Assembly: GCA_964427715.1 (NCBI GenBank)
Contig: CAYRUV010000001.1
Span: 34,552-98,551 of the forward strand
Length of the DNA stretch: 64,000 bases
Direction of reading: 5' to 3'
Source: an uncultured archaeon
Lineage (GTDB): Archaea; Iainarchaeota; Iainarchaeia; Iainarchaeales; VGJJ01
Part shown: one piece after another, positions 17,919-27,762 of the stretch
Numbering within the stretch: the stretch's first letter is position 1
Layout: every line of letters begins with the position of its first letter
Position numbers and translations under genes: made by a program
Notes under the pieces: generated by a model
Database searches by the model: none
What the model was told of the DNA's origin: nothing
Seen by the model: only the letters and a program-made list of their open reading frames with translations

Positions 17919-19022
17919 TTATGGCAAAAAGTCTTCGTCCTTGATCTTTCGGGGCAAGTATTCTTCCGTGATGAAGCGGATTCCCTTCTTCGACAATGCT
18001 TCGAGTTCCATCTTGATGTTCTTCTGCTTCATCAAGTCGAACTCCTGCTGCCACTTCTTGTGCTTGAACCACTCGTAGGACTGTAATTCGTTCAATCGCT
18101 TCAAGTCCAACTGGTTCAGCTTAATCGTGACTTCCTTTGGAATCTTGAACTTGTCCACGTCTCCAACCGTGAGTCCGATGTACTTGGTCTCAGGGGTGGC
18201 GAGCTTCTCTTCCGAATACGAGAGAGAAATCGATCCCTGCTTGATAACGGAGTAGATGTACATTCCCCAGGGATCGGCATCCATGAGTGAATAAACGGGG
18301 AGCTTGTGCTCCTTGTTCAATCGCTGAACCAATCGTCGCTCTCCGCGAGCCGCTTGTCCGCGTCCGGTGATGATGATACAGTCGTTTTTCTGCCAGAACT
18401 TATCCTCGTTGAATCGGCGCCAAACAGCATCCTTTTCGATGAACAACACGTAGGAGGCGTCAATTTTCTTGATCTCCACGCGATCTTCTTCCACGTTGGA
18501 GGGAACCGACCATCCTCCGGATCCCATTTTAGACAAGTCAATCGTGTCTTTTCCGTCCTGTACGACCATGTTTCCGGAGATGATTCCCTTCGCGGAAGCG
18601 GCTAAGTGGAGTTCTTCTCGCAGGAGGTTGAGCGAGGCTTCCAAGTCTTCAATCAAAGGATCTGATTCGCTTTGGTCTTCAAAGGTGTTCTCTTGCGTCC
18701 CTTCAATCGTGTGTTTGAGCGCGTAGTAGAGATCACGAATGGATACCGTGGCGTTTTCGTGGATAACTTTCTTGATTTCATTCGCCACAAGTGCGGTCTG
18801 CATGAATTTTCGCGTGTGGGCGATGTTCAAGAATTGTCGTTCGGACATCTTGTCCCCTAATTTGATCGTGCGCGATTTTTGGTCGTAGAAAATGTTTCCA
18901 AGTGAACGCACCGGAAGTTCAATCGTGGGGTTTTCCCCCTTGTTGATTTGGCTGACGAGCTGATTTCCAAGGGTTTCCAGCTTCTTGATGACTTCCTTGT
19001 CCTTTGTCTTCGTGTCAACCAT
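17919..19022 (-). CDS. top6A: DNA topoisomerase VI subunit A (Spo11-like)
   Basis: 367 aa with the catalytic Tyr region SIRDLYYAL and the toprim DxD (LMDADPWG). Confidence 0.9.
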   Translation of the reverse strand: MVDTKTKDKEVIKKLETLGNQLVSQINKGENPTIELPVRSLGNIFYDQKSRTIKLGDKMSERQFLNIAHTRKFMQTALVANEIKKVIHENATVSIRDLYYALKHTIEGTQENTFEDQSESDPLIEDLEASLNLLREELHLAASAKGIISGNMVVQDGKDTIDLSKMGSGGWSVPSNVEEDRVEIKKIDASYVLFIEKDAVWRRFNEDKFWQKNDCIIITGRGQAARGERRLVQRLNKEHKLPVYSLMDADPWGMYIYSVIKQGSISLSYSEEKLATPETKYIGLTVGDVDKFKIPKEVTIKLNQLDLKRLNELQSYEWFKHKKWQQEFDLMKQKNIKMELEALSKKGIRFITEEYLPRKIKDEDFLP

Positions 19023-20767
19023 TATTCATCCCCTCCGTCTTCCGCGTCTTCTTTCTTGCCTTTCTTTCCACCCTTGGCTTCCTTTTCTTTCTTGTTGAGT
19101 CGGGCGAGTTCCTTCTCTAATTCTTCATCCGACTCGGCCTCAAGGGCTTTTTCTTGCTGATCATCCAATTTGAGTCGCTTGGCGACAGTATCCAACAATT
19201 TGTGCTCAATGGGCTTGGGACTCTGTTCCGTCAATTCTCCCAATGCAATGGCAACTTCCACGGCGTACTTCATGTAAATCCGCTTCTTCTCCATCTTCAA
19301 TCGTTCGCGTTCCTTTCCGATGATGTATCGCGCGGTTCGTCGTCCGGCGTCCATCAAGGCTAAGCGGATTTCTTCAACAATCTCTTCATCGTTCGAAACG
19401 GCCTGCTTTCCCGCTCCCGTGTAGGGGATGTGGACCGAGATTAGGTTAACGAATACAGTAACAGGGGCGGTTTCCGCATCCTTGATTCCATATCGTTTCC
19501 AATCCACGCTCTTGATGGCTTCGGTTATACCACAACCACCCGTGTCAAACAGCAAGGGTACGCGGTTGGCGAATCGCATGGCTTCCATTCGCATCTCTTC
19601 TCCGACGCGTCGACCGGCTTTTCCACCGTAGGCCACGGCGGCTTCGACTTGGAAGGGATATCCTCCTTCTCGCACGGCGGGTTTTCGCGTGACAACCGAT
19701 AAGAATTCCGGTTCGACGATGGATCGCAGGGACTTGTCGACTTGTTCTTCTCCAATCGGTCGCAACATGTCGGTTCGCGGGGCGATGAAGGTGACCGTTT
19801 TGAAGGCCTTGATGAGCTCTTCAATTTCCGCCCACGTTAACTGATGAGGGTCTTTGTTCAAGTCGAAGGAAGTCTGCTTCTCAATTTCCTTAATCGCATT
19901 GTCTCCCATTCGGTCCAATTCGGTCTTGAGGAACGAATTAGTCTTTCTCGAAGGAGTAGACTTGGCCATGTTGAGAAGTTCATCCACGGTGACTCCTCTC
20001 GGATGCGGCTGAACTTCTTCAGGCTTCTCGGGGATCTTCTTCGCGGTGCGTTCGAACACCACCGATTGTCCCGAAGGGTCGGTGAATGTGATCTTACAAT
20101 GAGGGTTGGCGATCGCCGTGCGTCGGAGATACTCCATGGGTCCCTGTTCGTTGTTGACGTATTTCATTTCCTTGAACTGGGCCTTCACGATGGCTCCGCG
20201 GAACTTCTTAGTTAGAACTTGAATATTGCTCACTTTAGGGTTGTTGTACTTCGTATCAATGCTCACGTCGCATGAGAATACTTCGTGGGAGTTTCCCGTT
20301 ACCACTTTGACTTCCTTTCCAGTCGTCATCTGGGAAAGCATAGTACATCCCGCGGCTCCAATTCCTTGCTGTCCGCGCATCTGCATCAAGCGGTGGAATT
20401 TGGTTCCGGCGAGCAATTGACCAAAGGCCTTTCCCACGGTTTCCTTCGTGAGTCCGGGGCCGTTGTCCGTACTGGTGACTTCGTAGTGTTCGTCCCCTAA
20501 TTCTTTGATTTGAACGTCAATATCGGGCAGAATGTTGGCGTTTTCACACGCATCTAAGGAATTGGTCACGTATTCGTGAATAATGGTTGTGAGGGCTTTC
20601 GTCTTTCCGCTCAATCCGAGCATTTGCTTGTTTTTCTTGAAGAATTCAGCAACGGAGTGTTCGCGAAATTCCTTGGCCATATCATCCGCGGTCACGGATT
20701 CCTCTCTTGGGGAGGGTGTTTTGACGTGTTTTTCGTTGGATTCCGCGGGTTTGGCCATCGTTTTCAC
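19022..20767 (-). CDS. top6B: DNA topoisomerase VI subunit B (GHKL ATPase) with charged C-terminal tail
   Basis: 581 aa with Bergerat-fold motifs (EYVTNSLDA, TDNGPGL, GQQGIGAAG). The C-terminus is EEKALEAESDEELEKELARLNKKEKEAKGGKKGKKEDAEDGGDE. Confidence 0.9.
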   Translation of the reverse strand: MKTMAKPAESNEKHVKTPSPREESVTADDMAKEFREHSVAEFFKKNKQMLGLSGKTKALTTIIHEYVTNSLDACENANILPDIDVQIKELGDEHYEVTSTDNGPGLTKETVGKAFGQLLAGTKFHRLMQMRGQQGIGAAGCTMLSQMTTGKEVKVVTGNSHEVFSCDVSIDTKYNNPKVSNIQVLTKKFRGAIVKAQFKEMKYVNNEQGPMEYLRRTAIANPHCKITFTDPSGQSVVFERTAKKIPEKPEEVQPHPRGVTVDELLNMAKSTPSRKTNSFLKTELDRMGDNAIKEIEKQTSFDLNKDPHQLTWAEIEELIKAFKTVTFIAPRTDMLRPIGEEQVDKSLRSIVEPEFLSVVTRKPAVREGGYPFQVEAAVAYGGKAGRRVGEEMRMEAMRFANRVPLLFDTGGCGITEAIKSVDWKRYGIKDAETAPVTVFVNLISVHIPYTGAGKQAVSNDEEIVEEIRLALMDAGRRTARYIIGKERERLKMEKKRIYMKYAVEVAIALGELTEQSPKPIEHKLLDTVAKRLKLDDQQEKALEAESDEELEKELARLNKKEKEAKGGKKGKKEDAEDGGDE

Positions 20768-21297
20768 CTGAACTCGAACTCTTCTTCGTTGGAATGGGAT
20801 TGCCGTAAGTAATTTAATACGCTGGCATGTTCGGCCCCTTTAATCAACATAAGCACGGCGTGCTGAGCCTTCTCGACGTTTTCCGCCTTGCCGATGATTC
20901 CAATGGTTTTACCATACACGGAGATGTGTGTCTGCGTGTCGGCTTCAATCTTTTCTCGGATCGCACCTTCCTTTCCAATGATGCGTCCTTTCTTGGATTG
21001 GATCTGCTTCCAATTCTTCCCCAATTCTTCGGTGAGGTTGATGAGTTCGAAATAGTACTCATCATCCGTGAGTTTCATGGCGTGCTCGGGGGAGAATCCT
21101 CGTCCGATGGCGCGGATGATATTAGCGGCCTTGAGGACCAATGCAGCATCCTCGGCTTCGATTTCTACGTCGCCGTTCTTGCTATCAATGCGTACTTTGG
21201 TTTTGGTGCCCTTTTCGATGGTCTTTTTGGTTCCCCCATTGGGACCAATGGCTACGGCGACTCGGTCTTTTGGAATAGCAAATTCGTCAGAAGGCAT
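20764..21297 (-). CDS. KH-domain RNA-binding protein (Dim2/Pno1-like)
   Basis: 177 aa with two KH-like GxxG segments (IGPNGGTKK, IGKEGAIREK). It shows the conserved KH-Rio-eIF1A synteny. Confidence 0.75.
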   Translation of the reverse strand: MPSDEFAIPKDRVAVAIGPNGGTKKTIEKGTKTKVRIDSKNGDVEIEAEDAALVLKAANIIRAIGRGFSPEHAMKLTDDEYYFELINLTEELGKNWKQIQSKKGRIIGKEGAIREKIEADTQTHISVYGKTIGIIGKAENVEKAQHAVLMLIKGAEHASVLNYLRQSHSNEEEFEFR

Positions 21298-21374
21298 AGG
21301 AGGGGATCCACCTCATGGGTGTTATAGACACGTCTTCGTAAAGAGGGGTTAAAAGGATTGGGGCGGATTGGCGC

Positions 21375-22127
21375 CTACTTTTGGGCTTCCTTAGCCTTTT
21401 TGACGTCGTCGTAGAACTGATCATAGGTCAGCTCTTTCATTCCCAACCGGTGGAAGACCTTCAACATGTTCTTGATGTCTCGCTCATAGAACTTCTTCGC
21501 GTTGGGGTGGATGGTGGGGACCGTTTGTCCAACATCGATGATGATAGGCTGGTCTCCTTTCACTAAGATGTTGTATTCCGACAAATCCCCATGGATGAGT
21601 TTGGCATTCAGCATGGCGGCGATGGCCTTCACTACATTCGTGTAGAATTTGTCCAAGTTTTTAATGTGTGCATCCTTGAGTCGCGGGGAGGCTTCTCCTT
21701 TCTCTCCGATGAATTCCATCACCAACACATTTTCTTTCGCCGCAAGAGGCATGGGCGCGGGAACGCCGGCTTCTTTCAATTTGCGCAGGGAGGCAAATTC
21801 CTTTTGGGTCCATGCAAAAACGATTTGTCGTTTATCGTTTTTTATTTTTTGAAATCGCGTTTCAAAATGAAGATAATCTTCCATTCTCCTAAAGTCGGAG
21901 GTTTCTATTTTGTAAATTTTAACTGCACGATAATGTCCATTGTTATCGGAGGCGCGAAAAACGTGGGCTTCTTTCCCCGTTGAGATTGTAAATTCGAGGT
22001 GATCAAAGTGTCCGAGGGAAGCAAAGTTGTGGATGACACGAATCACATTCTTATCAAACACTTTCTCAAAGGTCTTTCTCAAATCTTCTTCGGGAAAGAG
22101 CTTGGAGAGGTTGTACTGGTCTTCCAT
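21375..22127 (-). CDS. rio1: RIO-type serine/threonine protein kinase (Rio1)
   Basis: 250 aa with STGKEAHVF, the catalytic loop LIHGDLSEYNIL and the metal-binding IIDVGQ. Confidence 0.9.
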   Translation of the reverse strand: MEDQYNLSKLFPEEDLRKTFEKVFDKNVIRVIHNFASLGHFDHLEFTISTGKEAHVFRASDNNGHYRAVKIYKIETSDFRRMEDYLHFETRFQKIKNDKRQIVFAWTQKEFASLRKLKEAGVPAPMPLAAKENVLVMEFIGEKGEASPRLKDAHIKNLDKFYTNVVKAIAAMLNAKLIHGDLSEYNILVKGDQPIIIDVGQTVPTIHPNAKKFYERDIKNMLKVFHRLGMKELTYDQFYDDVKKAKEAQK

Positions 22128-22155
22128 ACGCGTGAGAACCCTTCCGAGGATTTAA

Positions 22156-22476
22156 TCAGATGGGCATCTTCTCCAACGCGCCCATGCGTCGGAGCTTCTC
22201 AGTCTGCATGGGCAAATAGCGCCATACTACGTCGGCCTTGATGGGTTGGAAGTCCCATAATCGAACAATGATGACATCGCCTTCGCGCATCCAGACTTTC
22301 TTCTTGAGTTTTCCAGGAATGCGGCAATGTCTTTCTTTCCCGTCCTCGCACATGGCCAATATTTGGTCGGTTCCATGGAGCTTAACGACAACCGCGAACA
22401 TTTCTCCGTGGTCTCGGTAGGGCAATCGGAGGCGATATCCGCCCTCAGGGTTATCTGTAGTAGTGGGTTCAACCAT
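22156..22476 (-). CDS. eif1a: translation initiation factor eIF-1A
   Basis: 106 aa S1-like OB fold (MFAVVVKLHGTDQILAMCEDGKERHCRIPGKLKKKVWMREGDVIIV). Confidence 0.9.
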   Translation of the reverse strand: MVEPTTTDNPEGGYRLRLPYRDHGEMFAVVVKLHGTDQILAMCEDGKERHCRIPGKLKKKVWMREGDVIIVRLWDFQPIKADVVWRYLPMQTEKLRRMGALEKMPI

Positions 22477-22800
22477 TCAATAACCACCTGTGGAATTCAG
22501 TTTATAGACCTGCGCGTGGGGCTCTCCTTGAATTCGGATGATGTTTTTTTCTCCCACCACTCCTTTTCGCAGGGCCACCTTTACACAATGCGTGCCGAAC
22601 ATGTTGATGTTTCCTGCCTCCAGTAAGAGGGTTTCGAGTTCTTCTTCCGAAATAGATTCCCCATGATAGAAGGTCGTGCTCACGGTGAAGGTTATTTTTC
22701 CTTCCTTGAATGTCTTTCCAATCAATTCCTTGTCGGCCACGGCCAACACTTCGCCTAAATCATTGGCATGGTGCTTGTACACAATCGTCTTCGTGTTCAA
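22477..22800 (-). CDS. conserved small archaeal protein of unknown function (eIF-2beta neighbourhood)
   Basis: 107 aa, translationally coupled between eIF-2 beta and eIF-1A. No motif identified. Confidence 0.55.
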   Translation of the reverse strand: MNTKTIVYKHHANDLGEVLAVADKELIGKTFKEGKITFTVSTTFYHGESISEEELETLLLEAGNINMFGTHCVKVALRKGVVGEKNIIRIQGEPHAQVYKLNSTGGY

Positions 22801-22806
22801 CGTTTC

Positions 22807-23220
22807 TCATCCTCGGATGGGAGAAATAGCTCCGCAGGCTTCGCACTTCAATTGTCGCACGCCGTTGTGCTCCACATAATGGGTGTCGGGCTTTCCGCAC
22901 TCTTTGCATAAGACATATTCTTCCAGGAATCGCTTGAACCAATCATTAATTTGTTTCTCGTTGAACTTTCCACCCATCATCAACCGGTCCCCTTCGGGTT
23001 TCGCGGGGGAGGCACTTTCTTTGGTGAGGAATTTCAACAAATCCTTGGGATCTTCACGTCGCATAATCTTGGTGAGTTGAGTGAAGTTCTTGATGAATGT
23101 CTTAGGTCCCTGCGTAAAGCTCTCCACTCGAGGGAATTCGAATCGTTCCTTGTCGAGGCTACGTTTGGGTATCTTGGCGTAGAGTCGATCCAGCATGGCC
23201 TCGTAGGAAGGGATGGTCAT
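22807..23220 (-). CDS. eif2b: translation initiation factor eIF-2 beta subunit
   Basis: 137 aa with a C-terminal C4 zinc ribbon (CKECGKPDT...CEACG) and the conserved N-terminal helical region. Confidence 0.9.
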   Translation of the reverse strand: MTIPSYEAMLDRLYAKIPKRSLDKERFEFPRVESFTQGPKTFIKNFTQLTKIMRREDPKDLLKFLTKESASPAKPEGDRLMMGGKFNEKQINDWFKRFLEEYVLCKECGKPDTHYVEHNGVRQLKCEACGAISPIRG

Positions 23221-23280
23221 ACACTCGTTGGACGTGAAAGTGTTTATAAAAGCCGGGTCGAGAAGGCAGGGAAAATACCC

Positions 23281-23784
23281 TCAGAGGTATTCCCTTTCAA
23301 CCTTGAATTGGGCCGCGGAGACAAAGTCGGGATCGTCGGATGGGCTTGTTTTAGGCTTGGAAACCGAAGGACCAGGAGGTGTGGTGAGTATTTTGGTGGA
23401 GGCCGGGATGAAGGGTTGGAGGGCGTCGATGCGTGGGTGTTCCTTTCTCATGGCCTCCCATCCCTGCGTAGTTTGAGTGGTACAGTGCGTGTATTCCTCC
23501 TTCTCAATCCGCTTGGCCCATTTCGCGGCCAAGGAAACGTTTCCATCCGGCTGGGGGACGATTAATCCATAGGCGCGGACATGCTGTCCCACTTCAAATC
23601 GTTCGGCATACTGTTCCACGTATGCAGACCATTCTCCTTTCTCATCCTTTCCCTTGAGTATGACTTCGCTGGGCTTGATTTTGACATCCGTCAGGATTCC
23701 ATGCACAAATACGGTGTGGTTAATGAGCGGCGTATTTGGATAGAGGGCCGGGGCGAACACGAAGAGGGTGGGTGGATAGGCCAT
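23281..23784 (-). CDS. hypothetical protein (possible OB-fold, Pro/Ser-rich C-terminus)
   Basis: 167 aa, co-directional with its neighbours. The opposite-strand ORF 22951..23565 looks antisense. Confidence 0.45.
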   Translation of the reverse strand: MAYPPTLFVFAPALYPNTPLINHTVFVHGILTDVKIKPSEVILKGKDEKGEWSAYVEQYAERFEVGQHVRAYGLIVPQPDGNVSLAAKWAKRIEKEEYTHCTTQTTQGWEAMRKEHPRIDALQPFIPASTKILTTPPGPSVSKPKTSPSDDPDFVSAAQFKVEREYL

Positions 23785-23809
23785 GCACTCACTAACAGAA
23801 TGCGTTCTT

Positions 23810-24676
23810 TTATGGGAATAGGCCGGAGACGGAAATCAATCCGTAGGTGACGACCATCATGGCGACTTGCAAGGGTAATGCCGGGAGGGCTTTTCCGACG
23901 TTCTTGCTCCCATAGTCCAACGTGAAGGCCAAACCAAGGAAGGCGGCAATGAGGATGAGGATGGACGGAAGGGTGGCGTACGGCCAAATAAGTCCGCGCG
24001 TGAGGGAATCATTCAGCACGGATACACTAAACACCAATGGCATGACCAAGTCTCCGGTTCCCAATTCGAATTGGTGCTTTTCAGTGGGAAGTGCGAACGT
24101 GAAGGAGAGATTCTTTTTCGCCACCGCCTTGGCCATGGTGACCATGTGTTTGGTCTTGAATACGGCGATGTAATCGTAGGCGGCCAATAGAATCAAGAAC
24201 ACAATCACAGGAAGCACTCCAATGCTCACACCCAGCAATGCGCCCACTCCCACGGTGGCCACGATGGAGGAAATGTTTCTCCATATCAAGTATTGCGGCA
24301 TGAAGATGCGTATCATGATTAACGCAACCGCGAGGATGATGGCGAGGGCTTGGGCGATGTCACTCTCAATGGATGGAACGTATCCAATGAGTCCCCAGAA
24401 TGTGATGAATGCCGTAGTTACGAGTGCAAGGGCTTCAATTCCCTTCAGCACCCAGTACAATAGTTTGTCGGGGAAGAATTTGATGGCAATGAGGATGAAT
24501 GCCGTTCCCACGAGCATGTAGGCGATTAATCCCAATGAGTTGATGGGGTCTTCCGGGTTGTCGTTGATGATGGTGGTTTGTAAGTCTTCTTGGATGAGGT
24601 GGTATCCCACCAGCAATCCGAGCACGTTCACGATGAGGAAGAACATCCCCAGCTGCAGCATCAACTCCCTATCCAT
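23810..24676 (-). CDS. presenilin / signal-peptide-peptidase family intramembrane aspartyl protease
   Basis: 288 aa and polytopic. It has YD (LAAYDYIAVF), GxGD (LGTGDLVMP) and PAL-like (KALPALPLQ) motifs in the order of the presenilin/SPP family. Confidence 0.7.
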   Translation of the reverse strand: MDRELMLQLGMFFLIVNVLGLLVGYHLIQEDLQTTIINDNPEDPINSLGLIAYMLVGTAFILIAIKFFPDKLLYWVLKGIEALALVTTAFITFWGLIGYVPSIESDIAQALAIILAVALIMIRIFMPQYLIWRNISSIVATVGVGALLGVSIGVLPVIVFLILLAAYDYIAVFKTKHMVTMAKAVAKKNLSFTFALPTEKHQFELGTGDLVMPLVFSVSVLNDSLTRGLIWPYATLPSILILIAAFLGLAFTLDYGSKNVGKALPALPLQVAMMVVTYGLISVSGLFP

Positions 24677-24731
24677 GCGTGAAATAGGGGCCCAATCCTT
24701 TTAATGAAAGGGGGTTTTGCCCCCGGGTTGC

Positions 24732-26882
24732 TTAGGCGCCCTTGAGGAATCCATGGGAGGGCTCGTAAATATCCCCGGCTTTCTTGAGTTTGGTGATGAG
24801 ATCGCGCACCTTCTCCTCTTCGATTCCTCGCGAGAGAGCTTCGGCCACCACATCCTGGATGGGGACGTTGCCCATTTCCTTGGACTTAGATTTGATGATT
24901 TCTGTAATCGTTCGCATGTGATCTCTTGAGGATTGGGTCTGTCCACTCGTGATGATGTCGATATCAATGCGTCCGGTTTCGGGGTCCTTCACCACATCCT
25001 CTAAGGAGCTCTTCACCAATCGTACCGCGCGCTCCGCATCCTCGACCGTGACGTCGTCACTCAATCGTACGCGTGCAGAGGCTTCGGCTAATCGCACGAG
25101 TCCTTCTAATTGTCTCGCGGTCGCCGAGTAACTTCCGGTTTGTCGTCCCTGGTCGCGCAATCCTACATAGAATTCTTGGAGCTTCTCCACGGCCTCGTGG
25201 GAGAGGATGGGGAATACTCGCTGTCGCGCATAGGAGATGTATTTGCGCAATAATTCCGTGTCGATGATTGGGGAGACTTTTTCTTGAATCATTTGTATTT
25301 CCTGCGTGTTAATCTGTTTGTTCCCGCGATTCATTTGCAATAATTGTTCTCCCGCACGATGCGTGGCGAGGATGTGGGCTGCGATGGTTTCATCCTTTTT
25401 CTTGTCCAGGGTGTCGCGGATCATGAAGAATAAATCAAATCGAGAAATAAGCGAGGCCGGGAGATCAATCTGTTCGAAAAAGGGTTTGTACGTGTCGAAT
25501 CGGGAAAGCTTAGGATTGGCGGCCGCCAATACACTCGTATCGGTCTTGAATCGAGTAACCATTCCGGCCTTGGCCACGCTGACTTGTCCTTGTTCCATCG
25601 CTTCGTGCATGGCGGATCGGTCTTCGGGTTCCATCTTATCAAATTCATCCACCATGACCATTCCGCCTGAGGCTAATACGAGTGCACCGGCCTTGAGAGT
25701 CCACCCTCCTTCTCCAAAGTCATCCTTTACCGCGGAGGCCGTGAGTCCGGCCGAGCTGGATCCTTTTCCACTTACATACACGGACTTGGGTGCAATTCGA
25801 TCGGTGGCGTGCAAGAGCATCGATTTTCCGGTTCCCGGGTCACCCACGAGCAACACGTGGATGTTTCCCCTAATTTTGGTGTCGCCGGGAAGATTTTTCC
25901 GCACGCCTCCGAATAATTGCAAGGAGATGGATTCTTTGGCAATCTCGTGCCCGTGAATGGAGGGGGCAATGGATTGCACGAGCAAGTCGTAGATGCGGGG
26001 ATTCTTGGACAATTCCTTGATCTTCGTCTCATCGTCTTCGTTAATTGAAACGTCTTCGAATTCTTTTTCGGTCTCTTCTAAGTGATGGGCTTCCAAATAC
26101 CGTCCGTACACGTTCTTCTTGTCCTTGTTGGGGGGATATAGGCGCAGAATGCCCGTAATCATGGTTCGGTTTCCCGGATACACGCGGTTCACGAAGTCAT
26201 CCTCGATGTATACGTCCAAGTTGACGGCTTGTTCGCTTCCCTTGAGGCTTTCCAAGGGTTCTTGGATTTGTATTTTCTGGTAATCCGTGAAGGCACTTCC
26301 CTCGGGTAAGAGTTCGAAGTCCTTGTGCTTGCACGAGCAAATGATGGGTTTTCTCTGCTGGTGTCCCTCTTGGAGTATTTGATACGTGTTTCCACATCGC
26401 TTGCATCGCCAATTGGCATTCTTGAGTTTAGGCATGACTTCGGTGACTTGACGGATGACTCCTTCCACGGAAATTAATCGTCCGAGTTGCGCGGCCGAAA
26501 TATCCCGCACGAGGGGGGTGCGATCCTTGGGTAGGCTTCGAAAGCGAACGTTGGGTTCGAATTTATCCAATTGCAATACCGAGACTTCAATTTTTTGTAC
26601 GGCGAGCTTGGCGGCTTCCATCAACAAGTCCGGGTGTTCTAATAGTTCGTTGGCCAATTCGTAATCAAATGAGTCCAAATCGTTGAAATCCACCACCAAT
26701 GAGCGCTGTTGCGGATATTCGTGGGCGAGTTTTTCGATTTGCTTCTTGTATTCCAACGTAGAAAAGAATTCCTCGAATTTGGGGATGAAGGGATTGGCCT
26801 CACCTTTCAACGTCACCGAGGCAATTTGCATTTCCTCGGGCTTCTCGAATCGAGCTTCGTTGAACTGGTTGTCCCCATCCAT
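24732..26882 (-). CDS. mcm: MCM replicative helicase
   Basis: 716 aa with a C4 zinc finger (CKRCGN...CSCK), Walker A (VGDPGTGKSM), Walker B/sensor (MVMVDEFDKM), an arginine finger and a C-terminal wH. No intein. Confidence 0.95.
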   Translation of the reverse strand: MDGDNQFNEARFEKPEEMQIASVTLKGEANPFIPKFEEFFSTLEYKKQIEKLAHEYPQQRSLVVDFNDLDSFDYELANELLEHPDLLMEAAKLAVQKIEVSVLQLDKFEPNVRFRSLPKDRTPLVRDISAAQLGRLISVEGVIRQVTEVMPKLKNANWRCKRCGNTYQILQEGHQQRKPIICSCKHKDFELLPEGSAFTDYQKIQIQEPLESLKGSEQAVNLDVYIEDDFVNRVYPGNRTMITGILRLYPPNKDKKNVYGRYLEAHHLEETEKEFEDVSINEDDETKIKELSKNPRIYDLLVQSIAPSIHGHEIAKESISLQLFGGVRKNLPGDTKIRGNIHVLLVGDPGTGKSMLLHATDRIAPKSVYVSGKGSSSAGLTASAVKDDFGEGGWTLKAGALVLASGGMVMVDEFDKMEPEDRSAMHEAMEQGQVSVAKAGMVTRFKTDTSVLAAANPKLSRFDTYKPFFEQIDLPASLISRFDLFFMIRDTLDKKKDETIAAHILATHRAGEQLLQMNRGNKQINTQEIQMIQEKVSPIIDTELLRKYISYARQRVFPILSHEAVEKLQEFYVGLRDQGRQTGSYSATARQLEGLVRLAEASARVRLSDDVTVEDAERAVRLVKSSLEDVVKDPETGRIDIDIITSGQTQSSRDHMRTITEIIKSKSKEMGNVPIQDVVAEALSRGIEEEKVRDLITKLKKAGDIYEPSHGFLKGA

Positions 26883-27089
26883 ATATGGCTCACGCTTTCC
26901 TACACTATAAAGCGCTTATGGCGGCTTTTCGCCAACGGATTGGGAGACGTATTTTATTGGTATTTTTGGGAGATAGATTGGAACGTCTCCCTCCTACTTA
27001 ATGCGCGTGGGTTGGGTTTCCAAACACGTTCAACTTATCCGTATTCGGGTCCTGAACCAATCCTTATATTTTGAGTCCATGGACACGTC

Positions 27090-27476
27090 TCATTTGTCGA
27101 GCAGTATCGTATGGGGGGTTTTGGAAAAATCGGCATCGAGCGTGAGGAGTTCCGCGTTTTCGGCTCGAGCAGAGCTGTAGATGAGGCTATCAATGGCTGG
27201 GAGCTTATACTTTTCGTGGAAGTCGACCGCCTGAAGGGCTATTTTGGAGTCAATCGGGATGATTTGGCTTCGTTCTTGGATGAACTCCACTATTTTTACT
27301 GATTCTTTGGTTGAAACGGCCAATTGATGGAGGCGGTTCTTGATTTCATAGAGGGAAAGCACGGACGTTTGGAGGATGCCATCGACCTGATCCACGATTG
27401 GAACAATGCGGGAATCCTTTTCGATGAGATATTGAATCCATGCGCTGGAGTCGAGGAACAGCCTAGTAGCGGTCAT
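27090..27476 (-). CDS. vapC: PIN-domain ribonuclease, VapC-type toxin
   Basis: 128 aa with the PIN acidic residues (FLDSSAWI, ...DSLIYSSA, TLDADF). Confidence 0.8.
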   Translation of the reverse strand: MTATRLFLDSSAWIQYLIEKDSRIVPIVDQVDGILQTSVLSLYEIKNRLHQLAVSTKESVKIVEFIQERSQIIPIDSKIALQAVDFHEKYKLPAIDSLIYSSARAENAELLTLDADFSKTPHTILLDK

Positions 27477-27678
27477 GCTGGTCCCTTAGTCCCCTCAGGG
27501 CTTCTTCGAGAGTGATTTTGTTCTTGATTGATAAGTGTCCCGCGAGGGATTTTCCCTTGCTTCGGATGAGTGATTTGATGACCTCATTATAGGTCTTTGA
27601 ATGGTACGTCTGTTTGAGCCGATCCAGCTCCTGCTTGACCTCGGTCTCTACTTGAATGGTTGTTGCATCGGAGTCCAT
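27463..27678 (-). CDS. vapB: VapB-like antitoxin (small, overlaps vapC start)
   Basis: About 71 aa from the internal Met (MDSDATTIQVETEVKQELDRLKQ...). It has a 14-nt overlap with vapC, typical of TA operons. The ORF-track N-terminal extension would overlap MetRS. Confidence 0.5.
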   Translation of the reverse strand: MDSDATTIQVETEVKQELDRLKQTYHSKTYNEVIKSLIRSKGKSLAGHLSIKNKITLEEALRGLRDQHDRY

Positions 27679-27762
27679 GATAATTATAGCGCTATAATTT
27701 CTTAATAATCCTTCCGGGGGTGATTCGCCAAGGTTAAAAGGCCTCTTTTTCACTTCTATGTC

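Noticed and set aside
17454-18086. ORF 17454..18086 (+), 210 aa
   Set aside because: It is antisense to the well-supported acdA alpha and top6A genes.
22951-23565. 204-aa ORF on + strand
   Set aside because: It is antisense to the co-directional eIF-2beta/hypothetical gene block, with Gly/Arg-rich odd composition and no start context.
27679-27753. Longer N-terminus for the VapB-like antitoxin (ORF 27463..27753)
   Set aside because: The extension would place its start 9 nt from the divergent metG start and adds non-antitoxin-like sequence. The internal Met gives a typical antitoxin of about 70 aa.
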